From the NCBI GenBank assembly GCA_943788985.1, contig CALSSJ010000042.1:1-27968 (forward strand): 27,968 nt of DNA, written 5' to 3'. Of this stretch, positions 17,427-27,183 are shown in pieces. Position 1 is the stretch's first letter; every line of letters starts with the position of its first letter. The notes under the pieces are model-generated. The model had not been told where the DNA came from. It did not search any database and saw only the letters and a program-made list of their open reading frames with translations. Origin of the DNA: an uncultured Lentisphaerales bacterium (GTDB lineage: Bacteria; Verrucomicrobiota; Lentisphaeria; JABSQK01; UBA12247). A program made the position numbers and the translations under genes.

Positions 17427-17849
17427 TCAACTGCGCTCTCCAGCGAGAAAGGCCTGGAGAGCGAGCCAGGGCAAGGTGGCGCATTTGATTCGCATCGGGG
17501 TTTTGCGGAGTTCGCAAAGCGCAGTCATGCTGTCGTCTAAGCCGTGTTCCCAGGCGTCACGATGGTCGAAATAGGCCAGATAGGCCTCGATAATCTCGCT
17601 GGCTTCTTTGAGCTCTCGGTCGACGAGAAGCACGCTCTGAATAGAGGCAGAGGCCGTCAGTACGGCGCAGCCTTTGACGCTGTAGCTAATGGTGGCCAGG
17701 CAACCTTGGTCAAGCTCTGCCTGGATGGAGATGGCGTCGCCACAAAGAGGATTGTTTAAGAGGAAGTGCGGCTCGTCGGGGGCCCAGACGCTGGCATGGC
17801 GCGGGGTCCGGAAATGATCGAGCAGAATCGCCTGGTACGGAGAGCTCAC
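17427..17849 (-). CDS. sufU: SufU-type (NifU-like) Fe-S assembly sulfur-transfer protein
   Basis: YQ.ILLDHFR.PRH, NPLCGD, GCA...ASAS, RIKCATLPW. No LPPVK motif. GTG start overlaps the upstream TGA. Confidence 0.85.
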   Translation of the reverse strand: MSSPYQAILLDHFRTPRHASVWAPDEPHFLLNNPLCGDAISIQAELDQGCLATISYSVKGCAVLTASASIQSVLLVDRELKEASEIIEAYLAYFDHRDAWEHGLDDSMTALCELRKTPMRIKCATLPWLALQAFLAGERS

Positions 17850-18808
17850 GTCTCGGTCCAGGAGTCCACGATGAGGTCGAGGCCGCGCTTTACGTCCGGG
17901 CCTTCAACTTTGGAGCCGGGCTCAAGGACGAGGAGCGAGTGGTCGGGGATGTGGGGGCCGAAGAGGGGGAAGTTGATCATGCCGCTGGGGGGCATCCGGT
18001 GGTCGCCGTCGGTGGGCACGACATCATGGATGTGCATGCCGCCCATGACGGGGCCGAGCTCGGCAAAGGATTGGACGTGACTGCCAAAACCAAGGTTCTC
18101 GCGAATCTGCGCGTGCCCGAAGTCGTGCCAGTAGCAGAGGTGGCTGTCGCCGAAGTGTTGGAGAATGGTCTTCACTTCGGCTTCGGTGGGGATGGCTTCG
18201 TAGGTGGGGAGGATCTCGAGCCCGAGCCGGACGCCAGTGGCTTCGAGGGTGGGAATGAGCCGCTCAAGGCCGCGCATGAGGAAGCCGAGCTGCGCAGTGA
18301 CTTTCTTCTCTCGCTGGGTGATGAGCTTGAGCTTGAGCTTCTCGTAGGCATTGGTGTAGCGCTCGCCCTGGTCAGACATGGCCACGAGCTTGGGCGTGAG
18401 CGGCCGGATGGCGACATTTCCGCAGTGCATGACGACGAGCTTAGCGCCCATCTCGGCGGCAAACTGGATCGTCTGCGTGGTGCTCATAATGGCTGCTTCG
18501 TGAATCTGCCAGTGACCGACGGCGAGGGTGTAGAGCTCGGGACCACCGCGCGTGGCCTCGGGGGGGACGGGGCAGTAGTTGTGGACACTGTCGATGCGGA
18601 CCTCGCCGGCATCCTGCTTGCGCTTGATGCCGTCTACGTGATAGCTGCGGAGGTCGTAGCCAAGCTCCAGACGGCGTATGCCAAGCTCCAGGATTTCATC
18701 CACGATGCCTTCGCCGGTCTTATGCCGCGATGCGTTCCAATGTGTAGAGATCGCGAACCTGTCGCGCATCGTGTCCCCCTGAACGGTAGGAGCGGCGGTC
18801 TCGGTCAC
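17846..18808 (-). CDS. Sugar phosphate isomerase/epimerase-like TIM-barrel protein (AP endonuclease 2 family)
   Basis: ISTHWN, SVHNYCP, VVMHCG, LGLE, YWHDFGHAQI, GMHIHDV...DH..P..G.I.F, VLEP metal-binding pattern. Confidence 0.82.
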   Translation of the reverse strand: MTETAAPTVQGDTMRDRFAISTHWNASRHKTGEGIVDEILELGIRRLELGYDLRSYHVDGIKRKQDAGEVRIDSVHNYCPVPPEATRGGPELYTLAVGHWQIHEAAIMSTTQTIQFAAEMGAKLVVMHCGNVAIRPLTPKLVAMSDQGERYTNAYEKLKLKLITQREKKVTAQLGFLMRGLERLIPTLEATGVRLGLEILPTYEAIPTEAEVKTILQHFGDSHLCYWHDFGHAQIRENLGFGSHVQSFAELGPVMGGMHIHDVVPTDGDHRMPPSGMINFPLFGPHIPDHSLLVLEPGSKVEGPDVKRGLDLIVDSWTET

Positions 18809-19617
18809 GAATAGCAGCGATCCAGTTCAGCGGTGAGGAAGTCAAATGCGGCGTCGACTTCGTCGAATTTGCTCATCAGATGGATGTCGGCAGCGGCGAT
18901 GGTGCCCCACTTGACCATAGCGTCCAGATTCATCACTTCGTTCCAGTACTCGGTGCCATAGAGCACGATGGGCAGATAGCCGTCGGTCTTTTCAGTCTGG
19001 ATCAGCGTGAGCAGCTCGAACATCTCATCGAAGGTGCCGAAGCCGCCAGGAAAGACGATGAGTGCCTTGGCTGGGTGAAAAAGCCAGAATTTACGGACGA
19101 AGAAGTAGTGGAATTCAAAGCACAGTTCGGGGTTTTGGAAGCCGTTTGGGCTTTGTTCGAAGGGCAGGCTGATATTCATGCCGATGGACTTCCCGCCGCC
19201 CAGCTGGGCACCACGATTGGCTGCTTCCATGATCCCGGGACCACCGCCGGTGCAGACATTGAAACGGTCTGGCGCGGCGTGGTTCTCTACGGACCACTCG
19301 GTGAGGCGCTTGGCGAGCTCCATCGCGTCTTTATAGTAGCGGGCCATCTTGTTGTTTCGCTCGGCCAGCTCCAGTGCTGCTTTGGCGGCAGGGCTGTCGT
19401 CGGTAGTGGCCTGTTGTTGCGCAGTTCGCAACTCACGAGCGGCCTCCTCTGGTGCCTTTGTCCGGGCAGACCCGAAGAAGACGACGGTATTGGAGATCTC
19501 GTTGGTCTTGAGACGCTCGCCAGGCTCGACCAGCTCACACTGAACCCGGATGGAGCGTGCTGCGCTGCTCTGGAGAAAGTCCAGATTTTTGTATGCTTTT
19601 ACCGGGAGCTTAGTCAT
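18805..19617 (-). CDS. LOG family nucleotide phosphoribohydrolase
   Basis: VFFGSAR, TGGGPGIMEAANRGA, FHYFFVRK, PGGFGTFDE. Confidence 0.92.
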   Translation of the reverse strand: MTKLPVKAYKNLDFLQSSAARSIRVQCELVEPGERLKTNEISNTVVFFGSARTKAPEEAARELRTAQQQATTDDSPAAKAALELAERNNKMARYYKDAMELAKRLTEWSVENHAAPDRFNVCTGGGPGIMEAANRGAQLGGGKSIGMNISLPFEQSPNGFQNPELCFEFHYFFVRKFWLFHPAKALIVFPGGFGTFDEMFELLTLIQTEKTDGYLPIVLYGTEYWNEVMNLDAMVKWGTIAAADIHLMSKFDEVDAAFDFLTAELDRCYS

Positions 19618-19720
19618 CGCTGTTCCTTTCGGGTGAGTGGGCCTGCAGAAGGTATAAAGGTGCTGGTCTGGACGGTATTTTCAACGAGCGCTTGCCCGCT
19701 TGTCTGCATCTGAGCAGCGG

Positions 19721-22321
19721 TCAACGTCGCGTGAGTGTGAGTTCAATGCCGGGGCGCGGCTCGAGATGCATGGAATGCCCGCCGTGGTACTCGACGTACC
19801 ATTCCTGCACGTCGTTGCCGATGGAAACATACATGATGGAGCCATGCGTGTAAAAGGCGACATTCGCGCCCTTGCCATCGAACGTGAGTTCGAAAGCACG
19901 GGTGCCGGTCATCATCATTTTGAACTTTGAGGGCTTGTTGGCGTATGCCGGTCCGCCGAATTTGGTGGCGTTCCAGGAGCCGCGCAGCTGGCTGGCAAGT
20001 GCGTCTCCGGCGAGGATACCTGCCAGAACGCCGGGGCGCCCGTTAACCACGGCCCGTGCCTCACCAGGCATGTTGGACCGAAGGGCCAAGGCGGCGCGCA
20101 GGTGGGCCCGACTGACGTCGTCCGGCAGCATTTCGGTGCGCGCAGTCAGCTCCGCGTAGGCGAGATCGTTGGCGGTGAGACGTAGTTCACGTCCCTTGGC
20201 GCTGGCGTAAACAACTGAGCCCACACGGCGCACAATCTTGACTTCGCGGGCTCCGCGTATGGTGCGCACGGTGATCGTCTGCCCGCGGTCGACCTCGTAG
20301 GTGCCCATGATGCGCTGCGGCCAATTCCTCAGTGTCTCAAGGTGTGCGATTTCCTGGATGATCGCCTGGCGAACGTCCGCATACTTGCGGGAACGTTGCC
20401 CGATCTCCACAATTCGGGTGAACTCTGCGTGGTTATTTACCCGGATCTGGCCCCAGGCCTCACAGACCCAGCGCGTCACCAGCTCCTTGCGCTTGGCTTC
20501 CGCCTGCAGGAGATCAGCCTGTGCCAAGCGAGGTTTCTTGGTCTCTTCGGCAAATGGCCCGCGGTAGCGTTCATAGACCCGGGCCGCTGCGCTAAGCTGC
20601 CCGCGTACCGCGTACGGCTGGGCTTCGGCGCGGACTCCGGCGTAAATTTCGTTGGGGGCGAGGGCAAGTCGCTCCTTTAGCTTGCGAATTTCGTCATCGG
20701 CGACAAGCTCAAACTTGGTCCCCTTGCCATGGTCCTTCACCTTCTGGAAGTGCGCGATGGCTTGCTTGATACTGTACCGGTTCTGCCGCGCGAAGTTGCG
20801 GGCGAAGACCACCATTTCGTCGAGACGTTTCATGCGCTCACGCGCCAGCTGCTTCACCTCGGCTTCGGTGATTTTGGCTCCGATATGCGCATCGATGTCC
20901 CCGACCTCCACGCGTTCCTTCATCTCGTTCGCATGTTTTTTCTCCTTCGCCTCCGCTCGCTTGTCTTCAATGCTTTGTCGCGTCTGGTTGACGATGACCA
21001 GGATCACGGCAATCACCGTCAGGGCAATGAGAGCCACGACGGAATAGACGAGGCCATTGCTGGCCTTGGTCGGTGGTTTCCAGGCTGACTCCTTGGGCTT
21101 GGGAATCGGCTGGGCCGGGACGATCGCCGGGGCGGCTACGATGGTACTTCCGGCTGGCACTTCGCCCTCGCCGTCATCTTCGGGCGCCAGCGCCACGGTG
21201 CGGTTGGCCTGTGTGGGCTTGAGCAGCGGAATATCGGCATCGGCCAGGAAGTCGTGGACCATCGTCGGCGCCCCTTGGACCAGAGTCTCAGCATCTTCTG
21301 GATAGGCGGAGGTGCCCAGCACTGTGGGGGGCGCGTGACCGCGAGCTGCCGAGGCACGTGTACTCATCAATGTCTGACTGGAGAGAAGGGTACGAACCTC
21401 CTGGCCGAGCGCCTCCCAGGAAGCATGCCGATCGTTCGGGTCCTTCGCCATCATCTTGTGCAGCAAGGTGGCGGTGGATGCAGAAACGTCGGCCCGGCGT
21501 GTCCGCGGGTCTGGGAGCGGTGCGGTGACGTGCTTAGTGAGTACAGCCACGGCGCTCTGGGCATCAAACGGCCGCGTGCCGGTGATTAAGTGGTATAGCG
21601 TAGCTCCGAGTGCGTAGATATCTGAGCGAAAATCCATGGTCGGCAGAGACTGTGCCTGCTCCGGGCTCATGTAGTACGGGGTCCCGACGAACAAGCCGAC
21701 CATCGTCAGCTTGCTGTCTTCGGTCATGGTTTTGGCGATTCCCATATCCATCAGCTTGACCGTGCCATCACTGTCCACCATGATGTTCGCCGGTTTGATA
21801 TCGCGATGCAGCAGGCCGTATTTGTTCCAAGCATAGCCGAGCGCATCGGCCATCTTCGCGCAGATCTCCAGGCCTTCTCTTTCACTGAACTGCTTCTCGC
21901 GTTCAAGACGGTCTGCCAGATCCTCGCCCTCTACGAACGACATCGCGAGAAAGTAAAAGCCGTCGTCCTCACCGGCATCAAAGGCACTGACGATGTTCGG
22001 ATGGTCGAGCTTGCCAGCCATCTGGATCTCGTGCAGAAACCGCGTCAACAGTTCCGGGCTCCGGGTCATGGCTGGCGGCAGCACCTTAAGCGCTACGTCA
22101 CGATCTAGGGCAACCTGTTTGGCTAGGAAGACCTCTCCCATGCCGCCAACGCCCACACGACGCAGCACTTCGAAGCCGCCCAGCCGGGATCCAGGCCAAA
22201 TCCCCGCAGCAGGGACCAACAGAACTGTGTCACAATTCGGACAGCCAAGCTGATCGCCGCAGAGCTCACTCTCTGCTTCGATCGCCACGCCGCAATTGAA
22301 ACAGGTAAATGCGATTTCCAT
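19721..22321 (-). CDS. Membrane-anchored Hanks-type Ser/Thr kinase with N-terminal Zn ribbon
   Basis: CFNC...CPNC; GVGGMG, VALK, HPNIV, HRDIKPAN, DMG, GTPYYMSPEQ, SDIYALG; linker, TM helix (LVYSVVALIALTVIAVILVIV) and a ~420-aa C-terminal region. Confidence 0.93.
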   Translation of the reverse strand: MEIAFTCFNCGVAIEAESELCGDQLGCPNCDTVLLVPAAGIWPGSRLGGFEVLRRVGVGGMGEVFLAKQVALDRDVALKVLPPAMTRSPELLTRFLHEIQMAGKLDHPNIVSAFDAGEDDGFYFLAMSFVEGEDLADRLEREKQFSEREGLEICAKMADALGYAWNKYGLLHRDIKPANIMVDSDGTVKLMDMGIAKTMTEDSKLTMVGLFVGTPYYMSPEQAQSLPTMDFRSDIYALGATLYHLITGTRPFDAQSAVAVLTKHVTAPLPDPRTRRADVSASTATLLHKMMAKDPNDRHASWEALGQEVRTLLSSQTLMSTRASAARGHAPPTVLGTSAYPEDAETLVQGAPTMVHDFLADADIPLLKPTQANRTVALAPEDDGEGEVPAGSTIVAAPAIVPAQPIPKPKESAWKPPTKASNGLVYSVVALIALTVIAVILVIVNQTRQSIEDKRAEAKEKKHANEMKERVEVGDIDAHIGAKITEAEVKQLARERMKRLDEMVVFARNFARQNRYSIKQAIAHFQKVKDHGKGTKFELVADDEIRKLKERLALAPNEIYAGVRAEAQPYAVRGQLSAAARVYERYRGPFAEETKKPRLAQADLLQAEAKRKELVTRWVCEAWGQIRVNNHAEFTRIVEIGQRSRKYADVRQAIIQEIAHLETLRNWPQRIMGTYEVDRGQTITVRTIRGAREVKIVRRVGSVVYASAKGRELRLTANDLAYAELTARTEMLPDDVSRAHLRAALALRSNMPGEARAVVNGRPGVLAGILAGDALASQLRGSWNATKFGGPAYANKPSKFKMMMTGTRAFELTFDGKGANVAFYTHGSIMYVSIGNDVQEWYVEYHGGHSMHLEPRPGIELTLTRR

Positions 22322-22615
22322 GGGGCCTCGCAGGCGGGGGTAACGATGGCGGCTACACCGGTAGCCGTTGTCGCAAAGTGTTTAGGTTTACCTGACTTTC
22401 AAGGCAGATTTGGGGAGATCCTGATGCAGCGCCACGTGCGGACCAAAGGAATGCGACGCGCTTGCCTGCCCACGACAGTACAGATCGGCGCCTTACTATC
22501 GCCGATGCTTGCTCACAATGGTGCACCTCCTGTGTCAGAGAAGAATAAAACTTTATTCGTACGGAAATAGTCTATCTATCGTGACGCGCGGAAGATATCG
22601 CACTGGGGAACGCTT

Positions 22616-24002
22616 GTGGCTTTCGTACCTAAAATAAACCGCCTACTAAAACGCACCGTATATTTTCGTTAACAAGTCATTGTGGCTGACGCTGATCCAA
22701 CGATAAGTGGCATCGCTACCCGAGCGCTACCCGGCGCCGACTGCAAGACCTATATGAATAGTGCTGAACTGCTGGGCCTTCTCGAGCAAGGGAATCAAAA
22801 AAACCGGGTTCTTTTTCAAGCAACGGAGTTACCCGATTGCGAGCCGATCGAGCTGTTAAGAATCATCCGCAAGCGATGGCCAGCCCTGCCGTTAATTGTC
22901 TGTGGAAAATCCGTGGAGATGGACGTGGCGGTTTCCGCAATGAAGCTGCGGGCCTTGGATGTGCTGGATAAACCCTTTAGTCCCGATCGATTGCATGACA
23001 GTACGCACCGCCTGTACCGAGAGCGACAAAGCCAGCCGATCATTCCGTTCGAATCCTCAGTTGGCCTTTACGCTGTCGTCGGCGTATTTGGGGAAGGCGC
23101 GATGGGCAGAGCGTTTAAGGTACGCCGCGGGCACGACCTTTATGCGCTTATGCTGCTTAGGTCTGCCATCCCGCACGAGTCCAGTGCCATCATGCGCTGG
23201 CGGCGCTTTTCACACCAGGCGAAGGCACTCAGGGAGGTGCAGGCCCCAACATTGTCTGTTTGGTAGAATACGGGGTCTTTCTCGAGCGTAACGTACCGTA
23301 TCTGGTCACGGAGTTTCTGGAGGACGTGAGCTTGTGAGACTAGATGAAGGCCAGTGCCCTCTGATTTGAGGGCAAGCTGTTTATCCTCAACGAGATACTC
23401 CGGGCGCAGAAATCGCTCCACAAAACCGGCATATTTCACCGAGATGTGAAACCCGGGAACATCATACTCTGCATAGACTGCCGGGTGGTTATAATTGACT
23501 TTGGCCTAGCGCATATCCTCGACTTTTCGATCACAGAGACCACGATCTCATAGGGTTCCCCAGTTATCTGCCCCCTCGGGCCGTTGAAGGGGCCAAAATT
23601 GACCATCGGACAGACCCGTGGGCGTTTGGCGCTCTCGCCTATGAGCTCCTGGGCGGCGAACGCCCATTCGACAGCCCGCCTTTTTCTGGCGTGGTGCTAA
23701 ATATTCTGAGTCCCCAGACAGGTCATCCTTGTGCGTCGGTGCCAGAGTTCCACGCACCGCTGGCGGAGGTCCTGCGGGCGCTGATGGCCAAATCCCGCGC
23801 CCTCCACTATCAGCACGCGGAGGAAGCGCTGGAAGACTGGGATCATGCGGTAGCTGGTTTCGCACTGCACTACGCCGAGGACCGCCTTCCGGAAATATTG
23901 CCCGACGAAGAACGACGCGCCCACGACCCAAAACCCGCGCCCCCGCGCTTGCCCATTCAACCGCAGGCTGGTAGTACTATGGTTTTCCGAAAATTTTGGT
24001 GA
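22616..24002 (+). pseudogene. Pseudogene of a receiver-domain + Ser/Thr kinase fusion
   Basis: Receiver-like part (VIVADAD...PLIV...AV.AMK..A.D.L.KPF), GEGAMG, frameshift ~23243, PNIV, stops at 23335/23341/23362, HRDVKPGN (23437-23460), DFG (23497-23505), frameshift ~23540, D.WAFG..AYELL.G.RPF, ending at TGA 24002. Also TAA at 22670. The 5' boundary is approximate. Confidence 0.88.
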
Positions 24003-24005
24003 CAT

Positions 24006-25358
24006 GTGAAGACGTTTGATCTGTTTGTCATTGGTGCCGGATCCGGTGGAGTTCGGGCAAGCCGCATGGCTGCTGCCACGGGCGCTGCGGTCGGCATTGC
24101 CGAATCCGGCCCGCTGGGCGGGACCTGCGTAAATGTGGGCTGCGTGCCCAAGAAGCTGCTCGTGTATGCCGCACACGTCGCGCATGATGTCGAGGATGCG
24201 CGCGGATTCGGCTGGGACATCAGCACCCCCATTCATGACTGGGCCGCGCTGATTCGAAGCAAAGATGCGGAGATCGCACGCCTCAACGGAATCTACGGCG
24301 GCCTTCTGGATGGCGCTGGTGTGAGTTTGCTCTCCGGTCAAGCACGGCTGCTGGATGCGCACACCGTGCAGGTGGGCGAAGAAGTGGTGCGCGCGGAGCA
24401 CATCGTGATCGCGACCGGCAGTACGCCGCGGCCCCTGGAAATCCCCGGTGGAGAGCTGGCCATCACCTCCAACGAGATCTTTGCCCTCCCCGCCCTGCCG
24501 CAGCGCGTGCTGATCGTCGGTGGCGGCTATATTGCCGTCGAGTTTGCCGGAATCCTGAACGGCTTGGGCGCAAAGGTGACGCAGATTTACCGCGGAGAGA
24601 TGTTTCTGCGTGGCTTCGATGATGACCTACGCCAAGGACTGGCGACGATCATGCCCACCCAAGGCGTGGACCTGCGGTTCAATTGCAACGTCAGCCAGAT
24701 CGAGCAAAAAGACGACGGACTTCATTGCACACTTACCGATGGCTCAACTCTAGTAGCAGACCAGGTGCTGTCTGCCATCGGGCGCGTGCCGCTAGTCGAC
24801 GGGCTGGGGCTCGACGCGGCAGGCGTACGTTGCGCGGCAGATGGCGCGATCGAAGTAGACGCCTGGTCGCGCACTAACGTGCCGCAGATCTCGGCAATCG
24901 GCGATGTCACCAATCGCATGAACCTTACACCGGTCGCGATTGCCGAGGCGATGGCGCTGGTGCAGACGTTATACCATGACAATCCCACCAAACCGCAATA
25001 CCAAAACATAGCCACCGCGGTCTTTAGTACCCCCCCAATGGCCACAGTCGGGTTGACGGAGCCAGAAGCTCGTCAACAGTATGCGCATGTGGACGTCTAC
25101 CGCTCCACATTTCGCCCGATGAAATATACGCTGGCTGGCCGCGAGGAGCGCTCTGTGATGAAGTTGTTGGTGGACCGAGATACCGATCGCGTGCTGGGCG
25201 TGCACATGTTGGGCCCCGATGCAGGAGAAATCATGCAAGGCTTTGGCGTAGCCTTGGTCTGTGGCGCGACCAAAGCACAGTTTGATGCCACCATTGGCAT
25301 TCATCCTACCAGCGCAGAGGAGTTTGTGACCATGCGTACCCCGGTTCAGGAGATCTGA
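24006..25358 (+). CDS. gor: Glutathione-disulfide reductase
   Basis: FDLFVIGAGSGGVRA, redox-active GGTCVNVGCVPKK, GGGYIAVEFA, NADPH-type YRG...LRGFD, HPTSAEE. Confidence 0.92.
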   Translation: MKTFDLFVIGAGSGGVRASRMAAATGAAVGIAESGPLGGTCVNVGCVPKKLLVYAAHVAHDVEDARGFGWDISTPIHDWAALIRSKDAEIARLNGIYGGLLDGAGVSLLSGQARLLDAHTVQVGEEVVRAEHIVIATGSTPRPLEIPGGELAITSNEIFALPALPQRVLIVGGGYIAVEFAGILNGLGAKVTQIYRGEMFLRGFDDDLRQGLATIMPTQGVDLRFNCNVSQIEQKDDGLHCTLTDGSTLVADQVLSAIGRVPLVDGLGLDAAGVRCAADGAIEVDAWSRTNVPQISAIGDVTNRMNLTPVAIAEAMALVQTLYHDNPTKPQYQNIATAVFSTPPMATVGLTEPEARQQYAHVDVYRSTFRPMKYTLAGREERSVMKLLVDRDTDRVLGVHMLGPDAGEIMQGFGVALVCGATKAQFDATIGIHPTSAEEFVTMRTPVQEI

Positions 25359-25359
25359 G

Positions 25360-25734
25360 ATGCCGGGACTACGAGCGCTCATCGACTTCAGCTGTGCCGA
25401 AGATGGCTGTGGCCAACCCATACAATTCAATCTGCTCGACCTGCGCGCGGGCGAAGGTGTCGTCACCTGTGAACGCTGCCGCCAAAGCTATGACTTTGAC
25501 GACGAGTTCTTGGATAAGCTGAATAAGCTGCGCGTGCTGATTCTGGCCGTGAAAGACGCGGAAGACATCTTGGGAGACTGCAGTGTCGGCGTCGCCACCG
25601 CAAACGGCGAGATAAAACTCCCGTACAAGCTGCTACTCACCCGCCTGAATACCCAGATCACCTTCGCCGGCTCAGGGAAGACCATGGACTTCCACTTTCG
25701 TGTCGAACCGCTCGCGGGCGAGACCTTTCGCTAG
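25360..25734 (+). CDS. Conserved hypothetical protein with N-terminal Zn-ribbon-like Cys pairs
   Basis: C-x4-C ... CxxC, then A.DILG...V.V....G.IKLPYKLLLTRLN...F.FRVEPL. Starts 1 bp after the gor stop. Confidence 0.8.
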   Translation: MPGLRALIDFSCAEDGCGQPIQFNLLDLRAGEGVVTCERCRQSYDFDDEFLDKLNKLRVLILAVKDAEDILGDCSVGVATANGEIKLPYKLLLTRLNTQITFAGSGKTMDFHFRVEPLAGETFR

Positions 25735-25791
25735 CAAGATGCGTAGCGGGTCTTCCATTCCAACTGGTTCCCACCACGGGGGCGCTGCCTC

Positions 25792-27174
25792 GTGACTGTC
25801 ATGTTCGCAATTGCTATGCTCTGTCTACTGATTGCATGCGTGATCTGTGACCGACAACGCCGACAACTGGCGACTTCTGAGCGAGCACGCGAACGCGCCG
25901 AGCTCGAGCGCAACAAAATGGAGGGGTTTCTTCGCGCCTCCTTCCATGCGCTGACCACCGCAAGCTCGCCAGAAGCGTTTCTCGATTATATCGCCGGGGA
26001 GCTCACAGACGCTGTCGATACGCTGGCTATCCGCATCTTTGAGCTCGAAGGTGACACACTCAAGCTTGTCGCCGAGTTTGGTCAGATCCCGCCAGACCCG
26101 CCGGAAGAATGCCGCATGGGCAAGTCTGCGACGGTCCTGCACCAGCTGCATCAGAATGAGCTCTCGATCCGTACCGGCCACATTGGCGAGATGGCAGTCA
26201 GCGGGACGGGTTGGATCCTAAACACGCCGGCGGATGACCCCAGCGGCCTACCTACATTTATGACCGTCCCTCTGTCGATCGACAACACCCAGCGGCTGGG
26301 CGTGATCTGCGCCATTGGCCATCGCCATGGCGGTAAATTTGATGGCCGCGACAGCCGGCTCCTCTCCTCGCTTGGCTCCGAACTGGCGCTCGCGATGTCC
26401 CTGATCGACGCCAACGATGACCTCGAAGAGAAAGGCCGCCTGGACGTGGAACTGCAGTCTGCGCGGGAGATGCAGGCCGAGTTGCTGCCGGATGTCATCC
26501 CCTTCAGCACGCGGCTGGACATCCACGGCACCAACATCACTGCCCGACAGGTTAGCGGTGACTTTTTTGATATTGTGCAGTTGGACAATGACACCGTGCT
26601 GGTAACGATCGCAGACGCCAGCGGAAAAGGTATTCCTGCCTGCATGATTGCAGCCATGTGCCGCAGTTTCGTGCGGGCCAATGCGACGCGGTTTCGTTAC
26701 AACCTCGAAGGGCTGCTGTTCGAGCTAAACCAGCATCTTTACGCAGACACCCAACCGGGCCTCTTTGTGACCGTGGCCTGCTGCCTGATCGACAAGAAAG
26801 AGGGCACCGTAGACTATGCCCGCGGGGGCCACGGCCCGTTGCTCATTCGTCACACAGACGGCCGCATTGAAGAGATCAAACCGCAGGGTGCTGCCGTCGG
26901 CATGCTTGACAACGAGCTGAGCTTTGGCTTCGACACCTTTTCATTTGCCTGGCCCATCGGCACCTCCATGCTGATGTACACCGACGGGATCAGCGAGGCA
27001 GAAAACCCGAGCGCCGAGGAATTCGGCAAGAACCGCCTCATCGAAAGCTGGTCTAGCCAGAAGGGAAATTCCGAATCTGCAATCGATGGGATTATGCTGG
27101 ACCTGGCGGAGTTTACCCAGTCACACCCCCAAGGGGACGATCAGACCCTGGTCGTAATGACCCGAAAAGCGTAA
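25792..27174 (+). CDS. RsbU/SpoIIE-like PP2C phosphatase with N-terminal TM helix and GAF-like domain
   Basis: EL..A..MQ..LLP, VSGDFFD, IADASGKG, FVT, ARGGH.P, YTDGI.EA, EEFG..RL, DDQT. Confidence 0.9.
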   Translation: MTVMFAIAMLCLLIACVICDRQRRQLATSERARERAELERNKMEGFLRASFHALTTASSPEAFLDYIAGELTDAVDTLAIRIFELEGDTLKLVAEFGQIPPDPPEECRMGKSATVLHQLHQNELSIRTGHIGEMAVSGTGWILNTPADDPSGLPTFMTVPLSIDNTQRLGVICAIGHRHGGKFDGRDSRLLSSLGSELALAMSLIDANDDLEEKGRLDVELQSAREMQAELLPDVIPFSTRLDIHGTNITARQVSGDFFDIVQLDNDTVLVTIADASGKGIPACMIAAMCRSFVRANATRFRYNLEGLLFELNQHLYADTQPGLFVTVACCLIDKKEGTVDYARGGHGPLLIRHTDGRIEEIKPQGAAVGMLDNELSFGFDTFSFAWPIGTSMLMYTDGISEAENPSAEEFGKNRLIESWSSQKGNSESAIDGIMLDLAEFTQSHPQGDDQTLVVMTRKA

Positions 27175-27183
27175 GGCTGACTC

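Noticed and set aside
17939..19713. 291-aa and 277-aa plus-strand ORFs
   Set aside because: Antisense shadows of the TIM-barrel and LOG genes.
22344..22558. Small dyads between the divergent kinases (22344-22373, 22484-22506, GAATAAA-AC-TTTATTC at 22543-22558) and the 74-aa ORF 22346-22570
   Set aside because: Short stems with no recognisable riboswitch or operator consensus. The ORF has no coding signal.
22682..23266. 194-aa ORF as an intact response regulator
   Set aside because: It ends at a frameshift inside the kinase N-lobe and is part of the pseudogene.
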